NCBI GenBank assembly: GCA_965242525.1
Contig: OZ251459.1
Coordinates: 1,376,001 to 1,440,000, forward strand
Length of the DNA: 64,000 bases
Source: an uncultured Candidatus Binatia bacterium
Lineage (GTDB): Bacteria; Desulfobacterota; Binatia; UBA9968; JAJDTQ01
Direction of reading: 5' to 3'
Made by a program: the position numbers and the translations under genes
Part shown: piece by piece, positions 36,677-46,690 of the stretch
How the letters are laid out: every line of letters begins with the position of its first letter
Position numbering within the stretch: position 1 is the stretch's first letter
The notes under the pieces: generated by a model
Databases searched by the model: none
The model's input: the letters and a program-made list of their open reading frames with translations, nothing else
Told to the model about the DNA's origin: nothing

Positions 36677-36888
36677 GAGAGAACAACTCGTTCTCGAATC
36701 GCCTCTGGGGAAGCACTACGCAATCCTTCCTCTCGACGATCCTCCAGGATGAGCGCGATGGCCTCCGCCAAACTCTCGCGGGCTTCCTCCCGGGTTCTGC
36801 CCTGACCATTCGAACCGGGAACCTCCGGGCAAAAGGCAATATACCAATCCCCGTCCCGCTCGATAATCGCCGTGAACTCGTTTCTCAT
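36673..36888 (-). CDS. hicB: HicB family antitoxin
   Basis: FTAIIERDGDWYIAFCPEVPGSNGQGRTREEARESLAEAIALIL. Confidence 0.88.
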   Translation of the reverse strand: MRNEFTAIIERDGDWYIAFCPEVPGSNGQGRTREEARESLAEAIALILEDRREEGLRSASPEAIRERVVLS

Positions 36889-36972
36889 CGCTTCCGTCCT
36901 TTTGATGGCGACCGGCCGTCGCCGTCGCACGGCATCGAGGGGAACCTCGACGAATCGAGCTTCCCAAGCCCT

Positions 36973-37746
36973 CTACTCCGCGGGGTCCTTGGACCCCGGG
37001 GCCTGGGCCTCTTGCGGGTCGGACGATTCCAGGCGGTCGCGGAACCGTTCCGTGGCGGCCCAGGCCGCCTCGTAGCGGCGCCGGTCCATGCGGCCCCGCA
37101 TCAGCTCCACCCGCAGGAACAGGAAATAGGTCTGGATGACGTCCTGGCGGCAGTACTCGTGGATCTCCGCCAGCCGCCCTTCTTCCCACACTCCCTGGAC
37201 CATGGAACCGTCCATGGTCCCCTTGCCGCGCAGGCCGATGAGTTTGCACAGGAGGTCGAAGCCGCCGCGGACCCGGTTGACCCCGTAGTTGCCGACGAAC
37301 TCGTACAGGTCGTAATGGCCGTCCTCCGAGTACCGGTGACGGTGCCCGAACCGCTCGTTGAAATAGCGCGGCGCCTGGCAGCCGTACTTCAGCGCTTGCA
37401 GTTCCAGGACCGGGAGGTCGAAGTTGCGGCCGTTGAACGAGACCAGGGCGCCGGGGAACCGCTCCACCCGGTCCCAGAAGTCGCGCACGATGGCCTCTTC
37501 GCCGTAGTCGTCCTCGCACAGGGTCTCCACCTTGGCGAGGATGCCCTCGCCGTTCACCGAGCCCACCGCAATGGAGACCGGCACGTGGAAGGAGAGGGGA
37601 AGGAAGTCGCTGCCGGTCTGGGTCAGCCGCTCGGCCCGCAGCCGTTCGTACGCGTCCTGGTCCGAGACGTCTTCCCGGGAAAAGAGGACCGACTTGATCA
37701 GTTCCTTGTCGATACGGGTCTCGATGTCGAAGATGGCGTAGTTCAT
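36973..37746 (-). CDS. PolB-related DnaQ-fold 3'-5' exonuclease
   Basis: FDIET (ExoI), SFNGRNFDLPVL (ExoII), YCRQDV (ExoIII). Confidence 0.88.
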   Translation of the reverse strand: MNYAIFDIETRIDKELIKSVLFSREDVSDQDAYERLRAERLTQTGSDFLPLSFHVPVSIAVGSVNGEGILAKVETLCEDDYGEEAIVRDFWDRVERFPGALVSFNGRNFDLPVLELQALKYGCQAPRYFNERFGHRHRYSEDGHYDLYEFVGNYGVNRVRGGFDLLCKLIGLRGKGTMDGSMVQGVWEEGRLAEIHEYCRQDVIQTYFLFLRVELMRGRMDRRRYEAAWAATERFRDRLESSDPQEAQAPGSKDPAE

Positions 37747-37785
37747 CGCGTCCCTCGAAACGTCGAAGGCCTCCACCCCGACGGC

Positions 37786-38832
37786 TCAGTCCGGGACCAC
37801 CCGGAGCACCCGGTCCGCGGGGAGCTCCAGCGGCAGCCGCCGCCAGGACCCTCCTTCGTCATCGGAGACCAGGATGTCGCCCCTGCCCTTCTGGCCCGGA
37901 TCGCTGGAGCGGCCGCGGGACACCGCCCCCAGCCCGGCATAGACCCGTCCCGGACGGTCTGGATGCAGGGTCAACGCCCACACCATCTGCCGCATCCGGT
38001 CGGGCAGCCCGCGGCCGACCCCCACCCGCTCCCAACTCGCGGCCAGGTCGCGGCTGCGGAAGACCGCCCCCTGGGCCCGCTCGGGCCGGTCCCAGAAGCC
38101 CGGGGACTTGTCCGCGGTGGCGACCAGCATCACCGGCGGCGCCCCGGGCAGGAAGACGAAGTCGTGGAAATAGTCGCGGGTCATGCCGTTCTCGGCGCGC
38201 TGCCATCCGGCGCCGGGTTCGTCGCTGCGGAAGAAACCCCGGGCCGTGGCCGTGAACATGGGGCCGGCGCATTCCGGCACCGCGTCGATGTGGTGGATGT
38301 CCAGGTAGTCGATGCCCCGGCTCACGTCCTCGAAGTTCGCCCCCCGGTCGAAGGTGCGCACGATGCCGCCGTGCTCCAGGCACAGGTAGATCTCCCGCGG
38401 GTCATCGGGCGAGACGAATATGTGCCGGACGTGCTCCCGGTGGGGCGGGCGCGGATAGGTCCACTGGGCGCGCACCTCCGACGGCAGTTCCAGCAGGGCC
38501 GACAACTCCTCCCAGCTCTCGCCCCGGTCCTCGCTCCGGTAGAGCCGGATGGGCTCCGTGCCCGCATAGACCACCTCCGGGTCGGAAGGGTCCACCGTCA
38601 CCGCGCGCACGTTCTGCCGCAGCACCACGCGCCAACGGCGTCCGCCGTCGTCGCTGCGGCAGAGCCCCTGGCCGGCCACGCCGGCATAGACGGTCTCCGG
38701 CCTTTGCCGCGGCCCGTCCAGGGCGTCCACCGTGCCCGGAGGCAGGGAGACGTCGAGTTCCTCCCAAGCGTCTCCGCGGCCGCGCCACGCCTGCAAGCCT
38801 TCCTGGGTTCCCGCCAGTATCCGTTCAGCCAT
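37786..38832 (-). CDS. BNR/Asp-box beta-propeller protein
   Basis: Repeated S.D.G..W Asp-boxes (SDDGGRRW, SEDRGESW, TFDRGANF, SDDEGGSW). Confidence 0.82.
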   Translation of the reverse strand: MAERILAGTQEGLQAWRGRGDAWEELDVSLPPGTVDALDGPRQRPETVYAGVAGQGLCRSDDGGRRWRVVLRQNVRAVTVDPSDPEVVYAGTEPIRLYRSEDRGESWEELSALLELPSEVRAQWTYPRPPHREHVRHIFVSPDDPREIYLCLEHGGIVRTFDRGANFEDVSRGIDYLDIHHIDAVPECAGPMFTATARGFFRSDEPGAGWQRAENGMTRDYFHDFVFLPGAPPVMLVATADKSPGFWDRPERAQGAVFRSRDLAASWERVGVGRGLPDRMRQMVWALTLHPDRPGRVYAGLGAVSRGRSSDPGQKGRGDILVSDDEGGSWRRLPLELPADRVLRVVPD

Positions 38833-39292
38833 TGCCGCCCGCCAGTTCCTCCACCGCGGCCATGACCTCTTCATAGGTCCCGCAGCGGCAGATGTTGCCC
38901 GAGAGGTAGTCGCGCACCCGGGCTTCGTCCGGCCCGGGATGCTCGTTCAGGAGTCCCTTGACGGCCATGATCATGCCGGGGGTGCAGAACCCGCACTGGA
39001 ACGCCTGGTGGTCCAGGAACGCCTGCTGCACCGGGTCGAGCCGGCCGTCCCGGCCCAGCCCCTCGATGGTCAGCACCTCCCGGCCCTCCGCGTTGCTGGC
39101 CAGCATCAGGCACGAGCTCACCGGCTTGCCGTCCACCAGCACCGTGCACGAGCCGCACACGCCCACGCTGCAACCCTCACGGGTCCCCTTGAGCCGCAGG
39201 TCGTCTCGCAGCACCTCCAGCAGGGTCTGGTGGGACTTGACCGAAAGCTCCCGCTGGCGTCCGTTGACGGTGGCGGTGATGAGGTGTCTCAC
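38825..39292 (-). CDS. [2Fe-2S] subunit of a xanthine dehydrogenase-family enzyme (CoxS-like)
   Basis: GCSVGVCGSC, QCGFCTPG, NICRCG. Confidence 0.94.
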   Translation of the reverse strand: MRHLITATVNGRQRELSVKSHQTLLEVLRDDLRLKGTREGCSVGVCGSCTVLVDGKPVSSCLMLASNAEGREVLTIEGLGRDGRLDPVQQAFLDHQAFQCGFCTPGMIMAVKGLLNEHPGPDEARVRDYLSGNICRCGTYEEVMAAVEELAGGNG

Positions 39293-41625
39293 GGGACCTC
39301 CTCCCCGGACGAGCCCCCTTCCCCGCGGGCCAGGGCCTCCACGATCCGTTCCGGGCGGAGCGGCAGCTCGTTCAGGCGGACGCCGCCCAGGGCGTTGGCC
39401 ACCGCGTTGCCGATGGCCGGCGCCACCGCGGGGATCACCGCCTCGCCCACCCCCTTGGCGCCGAACGGGCCGTCCGGGTGGGGCGTCTCCACCAGCAGCG
39501 ACCGGAACCCGTCAGGGTGGTCTTCCATGGAAGGGAGCATGTATTCCAGCAGGCTGCCGTTCACCGGCTGGCCCTGCTCGAACACCATCTCCTCGAAGAA
39601 CGCCGCGCCCAGGGCCTCCAGCATGGAGCCCTGGTTCTGAAGCCCGCACTGCACCGGGTTGATGGCCTTGCCCACGTCCACCGACGTGGCCACGTTGACC
39701 ACCCGCACCTTGCCCGTGTCCACGTCCACCTCCACCTCCGCGCCGCACGCAGCGAAGAACCAGAAGGCCGCGGCCTTGCCCTTGCCCGTGCGGGGGTCGA
39801 GGCCGCCCCGGACCTGGAAGTTGCAGCTCCCGAAGACGCTGCCCACCGAGTCGCCGTACTTGACCTTCAGCAGTTGCGGCACGGTCAGGCCCCGGTCCGG
39901 CACGCCCTTGACCCGCACGCCCCCGGCGTCGAGCTCCAGGTCCGCCTTGTCCACTTCCAACCCTTGGGCGCCCGCCTCCAGTAGTTGTTCCCGCACTTCT
40001 TCCGCGGCCCGGAGCGCGGCGTTGCCCATGTGGAAGGTGGTGCGGCTGGAGCTGGTGGACTTGTCGTAGGGCGTCACGTCGGTGTCCGGCGCGGACACGG
40101 TGACCCGCTCCACCGGCAGGCCCAACCGCTCCGCCACGATTTGCGCCAGGCAGGTGCGCACTCCCTGCCCCATCTCCGTGCTGCTGGTCATGAGCATGAC
40201 CGAGCCGTCGCCGTTGAGGCGCACGCTGGCCGCGGACGCGGTGGGCGTGGTGGTGCTCTTCATGATGACCGCAAGGCCCTTGCCCCGGCGCAGCGGCCCG
40301 GACGCGGGCGCCGCCTCCAACTCCTCCGGCCCGCGCCAGCCGACGGCCGAAGCCGCCTGGCGGAGACAGTCCGAGACGCCCACCGACACCAGGGACTCCC
40401 CGGTCACGAACAGGTCGCCTTCCTGCACCAGGTTCCTGAGCCGAAGCTCCAGGGGATCCATGCGCAGATGCCGGGCGATCCGGTCCATCTCGGACTCGTA
40501 CGCCCAGGCCACGTGCGGCACCCCCACCCCCCGGTAGGGACCCGCGGGCGGAAGGTTGGTATAGACCGCGTAGGTGGTCAACCTGCGGTTGGGAACCCGG
40601 TACGGCCCGCTGGCCACGTAGGACCCGGTCTTGGCGTTGGCTGGTCCGGAGAGCGCGTACGCCCCCAGGTCGTAGAACGCCTCCACTTCCCGGGCCACCA
40701 GGCGGCCGTCCCGCTTGAACCCGGTCCTGATCCTGACGAACCCGCCGTACCGGCGCCCGGTGAGGAACACTTCCTCACGGGTGAGCAGCCACCGGACCGG
40801 CCGTCCGGCCTTGCGCGCCAGCAGCGCGGCCACCGGCTCCAGGCGGGCATGGGTCTTGCCGCCGTAACCGCCGCCCACGAACGGGACCACCACCCGCACG
40901 CCGCTTTCGGGCAGGTCGAAGATGCGCGCCAACTGCTCCTGGAGCCCCACCGCGTTCTGGCACGGCGTATGCACCACCAGCCGGTTGGGAGACTCCCACA
41001 CCGCGGTGGCCACGTGGGGCTCGATGTGGCCGTGCTGCACCGGCGGCATGCGGTAGGCGCCTTCGAAGACCTCGTCGGACTCGCCGAAACCCGCGTCCAC
41101 GTCCCCGTCCGCGGCCCGGAACACGCTGCACACGTTGCCGCCGGCGTTGAGGTTGAGCTGTTCCCGGAAGACCGCGGCCTTGGTCTCGAAGCGCTCCTCG
41201 TGGATCACCGGCGCGCCGGGCCTGGCCGCCTCCACCACGTCGAAGACCGCGGGCAGGGGCTCGTACTCCGCCTCGATCAACTCCACCGCCTCCTCCGCGA
41301 TCTCCAACTCCTCAGCGGCCACCGCGGCCACCAAGTCGCCCACGCAGCGCACCCGGTCCATGGCCAGCACCGGCTGGTCCTCCACCACCGCGCCGTAGTA
41401 CGGGTTCAGGCCTTCCAGGTCGTCCCGGGTCACCACCGCGACCACCCCCGGCAAGGCCGCGGCCCGGCTCGCGTCCACCTTCAGCAACCGGGCGTGGGGA
41501 TGGGGACTGCGCAGGACCTTGGCGTGGAGCAGGCCCGGCAACTCCAGGTCCGCGGTGTACTGGGCAACGCCCGAGACCTTGGCGACGCCGTCCACCCGCG
41601 GCGTGTTGCCGCCCACCGCGCTCAT
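39289..41625 (-). CDS. Molybdopterin-binding large subunit, xanthine dehydrogenase family (CoxL-like)
   Basis: LRSPHPHA, VGGGYGGK, PYRGVG, EMGQG, GPFGAKGVGE; start placed by the GGAGG RBS and ATGA overlap. Confidence 0.93.
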   Translation of the reverse strand: MSAVGGNTPRVDGVAKVSGVAQYTADLELPGLLHAKVLRSPHPHARLLKVDASRAAALPGVVAVVTRDDLEGLNPYYGAVVEDQPVLAMDRVRCVGDLVAAVAAEELEIAEEAVELIEAEYEPLPAVFDVVEAARPGAPVIHEERFETKAAVFREQLNLNAGGNVCSVFRAADGDVDAGFGESDEVFEGAYRMPPVQHGHIEPHVATAVWESPNRLVVHTPCQNAVGLQEQLARIFDLPESGVRVVVPFVGGGYGGKTHARLEPVAALLARKAGRPVRWLLTREEVFLTGRRYGGFVRIRTGFKRDGRLVAREVEAFYDLGAYALSGPANAKTGSYVASGPYRVPNRRLTTYAVYTNLPPAGPYRGVGVPHVAWAYESEMDRIARHLRMDPLELRLRNLVQEGDLFVTGESLVSVGVSDCLRQAASAVGWRGPEELEAAPASGPLRRGKGLAVIMKSTTTPTASAASVRLNGDGSVMLMTSSTEMGQGVRTCLAQIVAERLGLPVERVTVSAPDTDVTPYDKSTSSSRTTFHMGNAALRAAEEVREQLLEAGAQGLEVDKADLELDAGGVRVKGVPDRGLTVPQLLKVKYGDSVGSVFGSCNFQVRGGLDPRTGKGKAAAFWFFAACGAEVEVDVDTGKVRVVNVATSVDVGKAINPVQCGLQNQGSMLEALGAAFFEEMVFEQGQPVNGSLLEYMLPSMEDHPDGFRSLLVETPHPDGPFGAKGVGEAVIPAVAPAIGNAVANALGGVRLNELPLRPERIVEALARGEGGSSGEEVP

Positions 41626-42464
41626 GGGCATGCCTCCTTCCACACCGAAGCGAGCACCCGCCGTCCGAGGACCCTCACCAGGCGCCTCTTGTAGGCCGCG
41701 GACCCCCGCAGGTCCGGGATGGGGTCGATCTCCTCCGCGGCCCGGTCGGCCATCTCCGCCAGCGCCGCCTCGGACGGGTCCGCCCGGCGCACCAGCAGCG
41801 GCCGGGCCGCCGCGGCTCCCACCGAAAGCCGCGCCTCCACCGGACGGTGGCCCGCCAGCCGCACCAGCGCGGTCACCCCCACGCAAGGCCGCTCCTCCGA
41901 CGAGCCGGTGGTGAACTTGAGGTAGTCTCCCACCAGCCGGCCTTCCACCGGCGGCGCGGTGACCGCGGTGACCATCTCGCCGTCCCCCAACGCAGTCTCG
42001 TAGCTGTCCACCAGGAAGTCCACGAGCTTCATGGTCCGCACGCCCCGGGCGCCCGTCAACTCCACCACGGCGTCCAGGGCCGCCAGCACCCCCGGCGGGT
42101 CCGACTGGTGGTCGCCGTGGGCCAGGTTGCCGCCCATGGTGGCTAGGTGGCGGATACGGACGTTGGCCACCTGGTGGCAGGCCTTGGCCAGCACCGGCAT
42201 ATGCTCGCGCACCACCGGCGAGGTCTCCACGTCGTGGATGGTGGCCATGGCCTCGATCCTGACCCCCGCGGCCGGGTCCCAGGTGATGGAGTCCGCGCCC
42301 TCCAGCTTCTTCAGGTTCACCAGGGTCCGGGGCCTCAGGAGACCCTGCTTGACGAGGATGAGCAGCGCGGTGCCGCCGCTCACGGGCCGCACGTCCGCGC
42401 CCGCGCCCAGCATCCGGCACGCTTCGGCAACCGTTCGAGGCTCCAGTAGGTCGAAACTGCGCAT
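41622..42464 (-). CDS. FAD-binding medium subunit (CoxM-like)
   Basis: SGGTAL, IRHLATMGGNL, DLRGSAAYKRRL. Confidence 0.93.
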   Translation of the reverse strand: MRSFDLLEPRTVAEACRMLGAGADVRPVSGGTALLILVKQGLLRPRTLVNLKKLEGADSITWDPAAGVRIEAMATIHDVETSPVVREHMPVLAKACHQVANVRIRHLATMGGNLAHGDHQSDPPGVLAALDAVVELTGARGVRTMKLVDFLVDSYETALGDGEMVTAVTAPPVEGRLVGDYLKFTTGSSEERPCVGVTALVRLAGHRPVEARLSVGAAAARPLLVRRADPSEAALAEMADRAAEEIDPIPDLRGSAAYKRRLVRVLGRRVLASVWKEACP

Positions 42465-42731
42465 GAGGCGTGGAAGAAAAGCAACCGTCCGAACTCGTCA
42501 GGGACGTCCGCCGAGGATGGAGGCGCCCACCGGCGCTACCCTCCGGCCCGCGGTCACCTGTCGTCCCAGCGTGCATAACACCGGGTCAGGGGCATTGCAA
42601 CGCATCCACAGTCACAGGAAGGGTCACTGGGAGGCTTTCCCGGGAACGCGGGCGTCCCGCCCGCCTCCGAACACATCCGCGGCCACGGGAAAGCCCGAGA
42701 CCCGAAGCGCCGACGGGCAGGACCCCGCGGG

Positions 42732-42986
42732 TCACTTGGAGCGTCGGTCCGCGGGCTCCGGGGGTTGGCCTCCCTGCCGTCGGAGCAACGCGCGGGCCGC
42801 CTCGACGTCGGCCGAGGCCCGGCGAGTGGCGAAGAACTCCGCGGTCTTCAAGGCGGAGACCTTTTCGGCCACCGCAGTGGCCACGAACTGGTTGATGCTC
42901 GTACCCTCTTCCCGGCTGATCTCGGCCACAGCAGCCTTCAATGAAGCGGGCAGACGCAAGGGGTAGGTTCCATTCTGCTTCTTCAT
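42732..42986 (-). CDS. RHH/HicB-like antitoxin
   Basis: YPLRLPASLKAAVAEISREEGTSINQFVATAVAEKVSAL; ATGA overlap with the PIN gene. Confidence 0.85.
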   Translation of the reverse strand: MKKQNGTYPLRLPASLKAAVAEISREEGTSINQFVATAVAEKVSALKTAEFFATRRASADVEAARALLRRQGGQPPEPADRRSK

Positions 42987-43411
42987 GTCGATATCCTTTC
43001 CAATGCCCGTCGGGGCGTCAGCACCGCGAGATCGAAACGCCCGGACGCAGCGCCGAAGTCCCGTCGGTTGAAAGTCACCAACGCATCGGCACTGCCGTTG
43101 ACTGCGGTCTCGAACACCATCTCGTCCCCGGGGTCTCGAAGCTGTGGACGCCACAGAAAGCGGGGCTCCACCGGCTCGGCAACTGCGCAGAGCGCAGACA
43201 CGACCGTTTCCGCCTCCGCCTCGCTGAGGCCGGAGGCGCGTCGTTGCTGCGGAGCACAGCATACCGCTTCGTATTCCAAAGCCAACGCCACGGACAGCAA
43301 CAGCGTGAAAGTCCCGCTCAAGGCTCCGTCGAGCAGAGTGGCGGAGACTCCCGTCGGGCTACGCAAACCGGCCACGACAACGTTGGTGTCCAGGACGAAG
43401 CGCAGAAACAT
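42983..43411 (-). CDS. PIN-domain toxin
   Basis: VLDTNVVVAGLRS, LEYEAV, WRPQLRDPGDEMV.ETAVNG.AD.LVTFN.RDF. Confidence 0.9.
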   Translation of the reverse strand: MFLRFVLDTNVVVAGLRSPTGVSATLLDGALSGTFTLLLSVALALEYEAVCCAPQQRRASGLSEAEAETVVSALCAVAEPVEPRFLWRPQLRDPGDEMVFETAVNGSADALVTFNRRDFGAASGRFDLAVLTPRRALERIST

Positions 43412-43423
43412 GAAGAAATCATA

Positions 43424-46400
43424 TCATATAAGACGACCCTTAGCTACCGCAACCGTCCCTTCGACCACACCCCTTGCTTCCCGCTGTTCCTCTCGGTCCA
43501 GGATGTCCTTCAGCCTCTTGTCACCGGGCGGGGCGGGGGCGAGGAGGTTCGGGGGGTTGAACAGCGGGTTGCCCGGGGACCACAGTTCCACGCTCTCTGC
43601 GTTCTCCTCGTAATAGGCGGGGTCGGTGGTCACCCGGAGTCGTTGGGCCATGCCGGGGGCCAGCAGGCCGTATTCACGGCGGCCCAGGGGCTGCACGTCC
43701 GTGCCCGGGGGCATCAGGTCGGGGGAGGCGATGATCCGGTCCAGGTCGTCCAGGGTCACCGGCGACTGCGGCTGCGGGGGCACGGCCAGGGCGTCTTCCG
43801 TGACCGCGTCCATGTCGAACCCCCCTTCCCCGGCTTCACGGACCTGGCGGTGGATGGCCTCCACCAGGTCGGCCCGGCCCCGCTCGTCCCGGTCCGCGCC
43901 CGACAGCACCGCCTGCGAGATGGTCCGGGGCAGGCGGGCCAGGATCGGCTGCAGGCGGCCTACCACCGATTCGAACAGGCCAATGCGGTTTCGGAGCGCC
44001 CGGTGCACGTCGGTCTCCACCGTGCCTTCGTATTGCAGGTTGACGATGCGGATGGTCGGGTGCGCCTGCCCGAGACGATCGATGCGGCCGATGCGCTGCT
44101 CCACGCGCATGGGGTTCCAGGGCATGTCGTAGTTGACCAGGGCGCCGCAGAACTGGAAGTTCAGCCCCTCGGCCGCGGCGTCGGTGCACAGCAGCAGATC
44201 GACCTCGCCCTCGCGGAAACGCCGTTTGGCGTCGTCGCGGCCGATGCGCCGCCACCCGCCGTCCGCCCCGGGCAGCTCTCCGCCCCGCCCCGAAAAGCAC
44301 AGCAACCGCCAGTCCCCGCGCTCCCGCAGCGCCTCGCGCAGGAACTCCAGGGTGTCCACGTACTGGGTGAACACCATGGCCTGCCGGTAGTCCTGCTGAC
44401 GCAGGCCGGCCAGGACCTCGGTCAGGTGCGCCAGCTTGCCGTCCCGGGGCAGCGCCCGGACGCGTTCGAGCAGGCGTTCGATCTCCGTCCCTTCCTCCGC
44501 GGCCAGGGCCCGGCGCTCCAGGTCCGCCATCTCGTCCGCGTCGAGGATCTCGTCCACCGCCTCGTCGTCCGGCGCGTCCTCTTCGGTCCCGGCCGGCCGC
44601 CCTTCGCCGCCGTTCCGGATGGCGTCGAGGCGCCGTTCCAGCGTGACCCGGAGCGCCCGGAAGCTGCTCGCCAGCCGACGCCGGTAGATGGTCATCACGA
44701 ACCCCACCGCGGACCGCTCGGCCGCGGCGGCCCGGTCGTAGGTGCCGGAGATGTAGTCTTCCACCGCCCGGTAGAGATCCCTTTCCGCGGGGGTCATGGG
44801 GATGAACCGGTCCTCCACCTGCCGCCGGGCGATGGGGGTGGAGAGCAGGCCGGCCTCGAAGTAGCGGCGCAGCAGCTCCCGTGTGTGCCGGGACACCAGG
44901 CGCCGGATCGGGGTGTACGCGCGCATGACGCCCAGGGCCGCTTGGCGCTCCGCAGTCTCCAGTTGCCGGCGCGGGATGGTGGCCGCGCCCCGAAGCGCCC
45001 GGAGCACCTTGTCGGCCTTGAGCCGCGACAGTCCGGTGAGGCGCCGGACGTCCTCCCGGGCCGCCTTGCCGTAGTCGCGCTCCGCGGCCCGGAACAGCCG
45101 CGCCATGCGCTCGAACGCTTCCGGCGACGGGCTCGGGGCGTTGAGGTCGTCGAAGAACTCCAGGAAGGCCTCCGCGCTCCACTCCCGGGGCAGGCCCAGG
45201 AGGTGCAGCAGGTCCCAGACCTCCACCGGATGGACCTGCATGGGCGTGGCGGTGAGCAACAGCAGGCCCGGGGCGCGTTCCCCGAGCCGTTGCATCAGCC
45301 GGAGCAGCGCGTTGGGGCCGCCTTCGTTGGCGGCGCCGGGAGCGCGCCGGCGCGCGTGGTGGGCTTCGTCCAGCACCACCAGATCCCAGGGGCACCCGTC
45401 TTCCAGTAGCGCCTCGGCCCGTTCCCGCCGGCGCAGCAGATGGCTCGAAGCGATCACCGCGGGCTCTTCATGCCAACGCCGGGGCGCCGCCTCGCGCTCG
45501 TGGCCGCCCCGCAACGCCGGCGACGGATACCACGACAGCTTGTGGCCGTCGTAGATGGGCCAGTTCAGGTTGAACTTCTCCCGCAGCTCCGTCTGCCACT
45601 GCCCCAGCACCGCCTTGGGCGCCAGGACCAGTATGCGTTTCGCCTGCCCGGCCAGCCACGCCTGACGGAGCAGCAGCCCCGCCTGGATGGTCTTGCCGAG
45701 CCCCACCTCGTCCGCGATCAACAGCCTCGGAGGCCAGTGGTCGTAGAGGCGATGGAAGGCCCGCATCTGGTGCGGCCAGGGCGTCACCGCTGCGGTGGCC
45801 TCGCCCACTTGCGCGCCGCCGTCCGGCAGGGTGGGCGCGCGCCGGATGAAGCCCCATACCCTGCTTCGCAGGTCCGCGGGAGAGGCCGCGGGCGTCTCCG
45901 CGGACCGCTGAGACGAGGACCCCGGATCGGCCCACGGCGTCTCCCCGGTCTCCGGCGTCCCGGGCGTCTCATCCAGCACTCCCTTCAACCGCGCCGGCAA
46001 AGCGTCGTCCGCGGGCAGGAAACGCAGCAGGTCCCGCCGGGCCGCGTCCGGCACGTCGAGCACCATGAGCCGGGGGCTCCGCCCGGCCCAGATGCGCGCG
46101 AAGTTCTCGTCCTCCGCGGCCACCCGCTCCGGCTGCGGCCCCCAACTGGTGAACACGTTGATGCTCTCCCAGTTGGTGCGCCAGCCGGCCGGGGTCTCGT
46201 TCAGGCTGCCGTTCCAGGCGATGCGCTCGCCGGTGCGGTCTTCGACGACGCCGGCCTTCTCGTGGAATATGCCGTCGTCGCTCACCGGCGTTCCCTTGGC
46301 GTCGCAGGGCACCGCCACCTTCACGTCCAGGCAGCCACGGGCCACCATCCAGGCGAGCAACTCCAGGGCGCCGGAAGCCTCCGGGTCCGGCGGGGCCAGG

Positions 46401-46687
46401 GGAAGGCCGGCCAAGTGCGCCTCCACTTGCCGGCGCAACTCCTCTCCGCGCTCGATGGCCTCGACCTCGGGCCGGGCCAGGGTGCAGCCCACCAGCAGGC
46501 GCATGCGGCCGCGGTTGCGCACCAGCCCTTCGATGCCGCGCGCGGCCAGGGCAAGGGCGCCGGCGTGGAAATAGCCGGTCAGGCGGTCGTAGCGCTCGGC
46601 GTCTTCCAGCGCGGGGACGTAGAAGAGCCGCACCAGGTCGCCGTCGTCAGGCGTGTACTTGAGCTTCCATTCCCGGTCCCGAAGCAT
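43424..46687 (-). CDS. PLD-like nuclease fused to SNF2 helicase (restriction-like defence system)
   Basis: FHEKAGVVED...GSLNET PLD motif; LIADEVGLGKT, DEAHH, TATP, EGLNFQ, PWNPMRVEQRIGRIDR. Confidence 0.9.
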   Translation of the reverse strand: MLRDREWKLKYTPDDGDLVRLFYVPALEDAERYDRLTGYFHAGALALAARGIEGLVRNRGRMRLLVGCTLARPEVEAIERGEELRRQVEAHLAGLPLAPPDPEASGALELLAWMVARGCLDVKVAVPCDAKGTPVSDDGIFHEKAGVVEDRTGERIAWNGSLNETPAGWRTNWESINVFTSWGPQPERVAAEDENFARIWAGRSPRLMVLDVPDAARRDLLRFLPADDALPARLKGVLDETPGTPETGETPWADPGSSSQRSAETPAASPADLRSRVWGFIRRAPTLPDGGAQVGEATAAVTPWPHQMRAFHRLYDHWPPRLLIADEVGLGKTIQAGLLLRQAWLAGQAKRILVLAPKAVLGQWQTELREKFNLNWPIYDGHKLSWYPSPALRGGHEREAAPRRWHEEPAVIASSHLLRRRERAEALLEDGCPWDLVVLDEAHHARRRAPGAANEGGPNALLRLMQRLGERAPGLLLLTATPMQVHPVEVWDLLHLLGLPREWSAEAFLEFFDDLNAPSPSPEAFERMARLFRAAERDYGKAAREDVRRLTGLSRLKADKVLRALRGAATIPRRQLETAERQAALGVMRAYTPIRRLVSRHTRELLRRYFEAGLLSTPIARRQVEDRFIPMTPAERDLYRAVEDYISGTYDRAAAAERSAVGFVMTIYRRRLASSFRALRVTLERRLDAIRNGGEGRPAGTEEDAPDDEAVDEILDADEMADLERRALAAEEGTEIERLLERVRALPRDGKLAHLTEVLAGLRQQDYRQAMVFTQYVDTLEFLREALRERGDWRLLCFSGRGGELPGADGGWRRIGRDDAKRRFREGEVDLLLCTDAAAEGLNFQFCGALVNYDMPWNPMRVEQRIGRIDRLGQAHPTIRIVNLQYEGTVETDVHRALRNRIGLFESVVGRLQPILARLPRTISQAVLSGADRDERGRADLVEAIHRQVREAGEGGFDMDAVTEDALAVPPQPQSPVTLDDLDRIIASPDLMPPGTDVQPLGRREYGLLAPGMAQRLRVTTDPAYYEENAESVELWSPGNPLFNPPNLLAPAPPGDKRLKDILDREEQREARGVVEGTVAVAKGRLI

Positions 46688-46690
46688 GGT

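Noticed and set aside
39289-41625. Aerobic CO dehydrogenase
   Set aside because: The active-site loop is PYRGVG, not AYxCSFR (form I) or AYRGAGR (form II), and the gene order is M-L-S
39289-42576. 1095-aa ORF as a fused molybdoenzyme
   Set aside because: The first ~317 codons overlap coxM in another frame and are not protein-like; the RBS and ATGA overlap support a start at 41625
42465-42731. Island attachment site or ncRNA at the left border of the defence island
   Set aside because: No tRNA, integrase or matching direct repeat is visible; only a short GC-rich palindrome (GCGGGCGTCCCGCCCGC) of REP-like character
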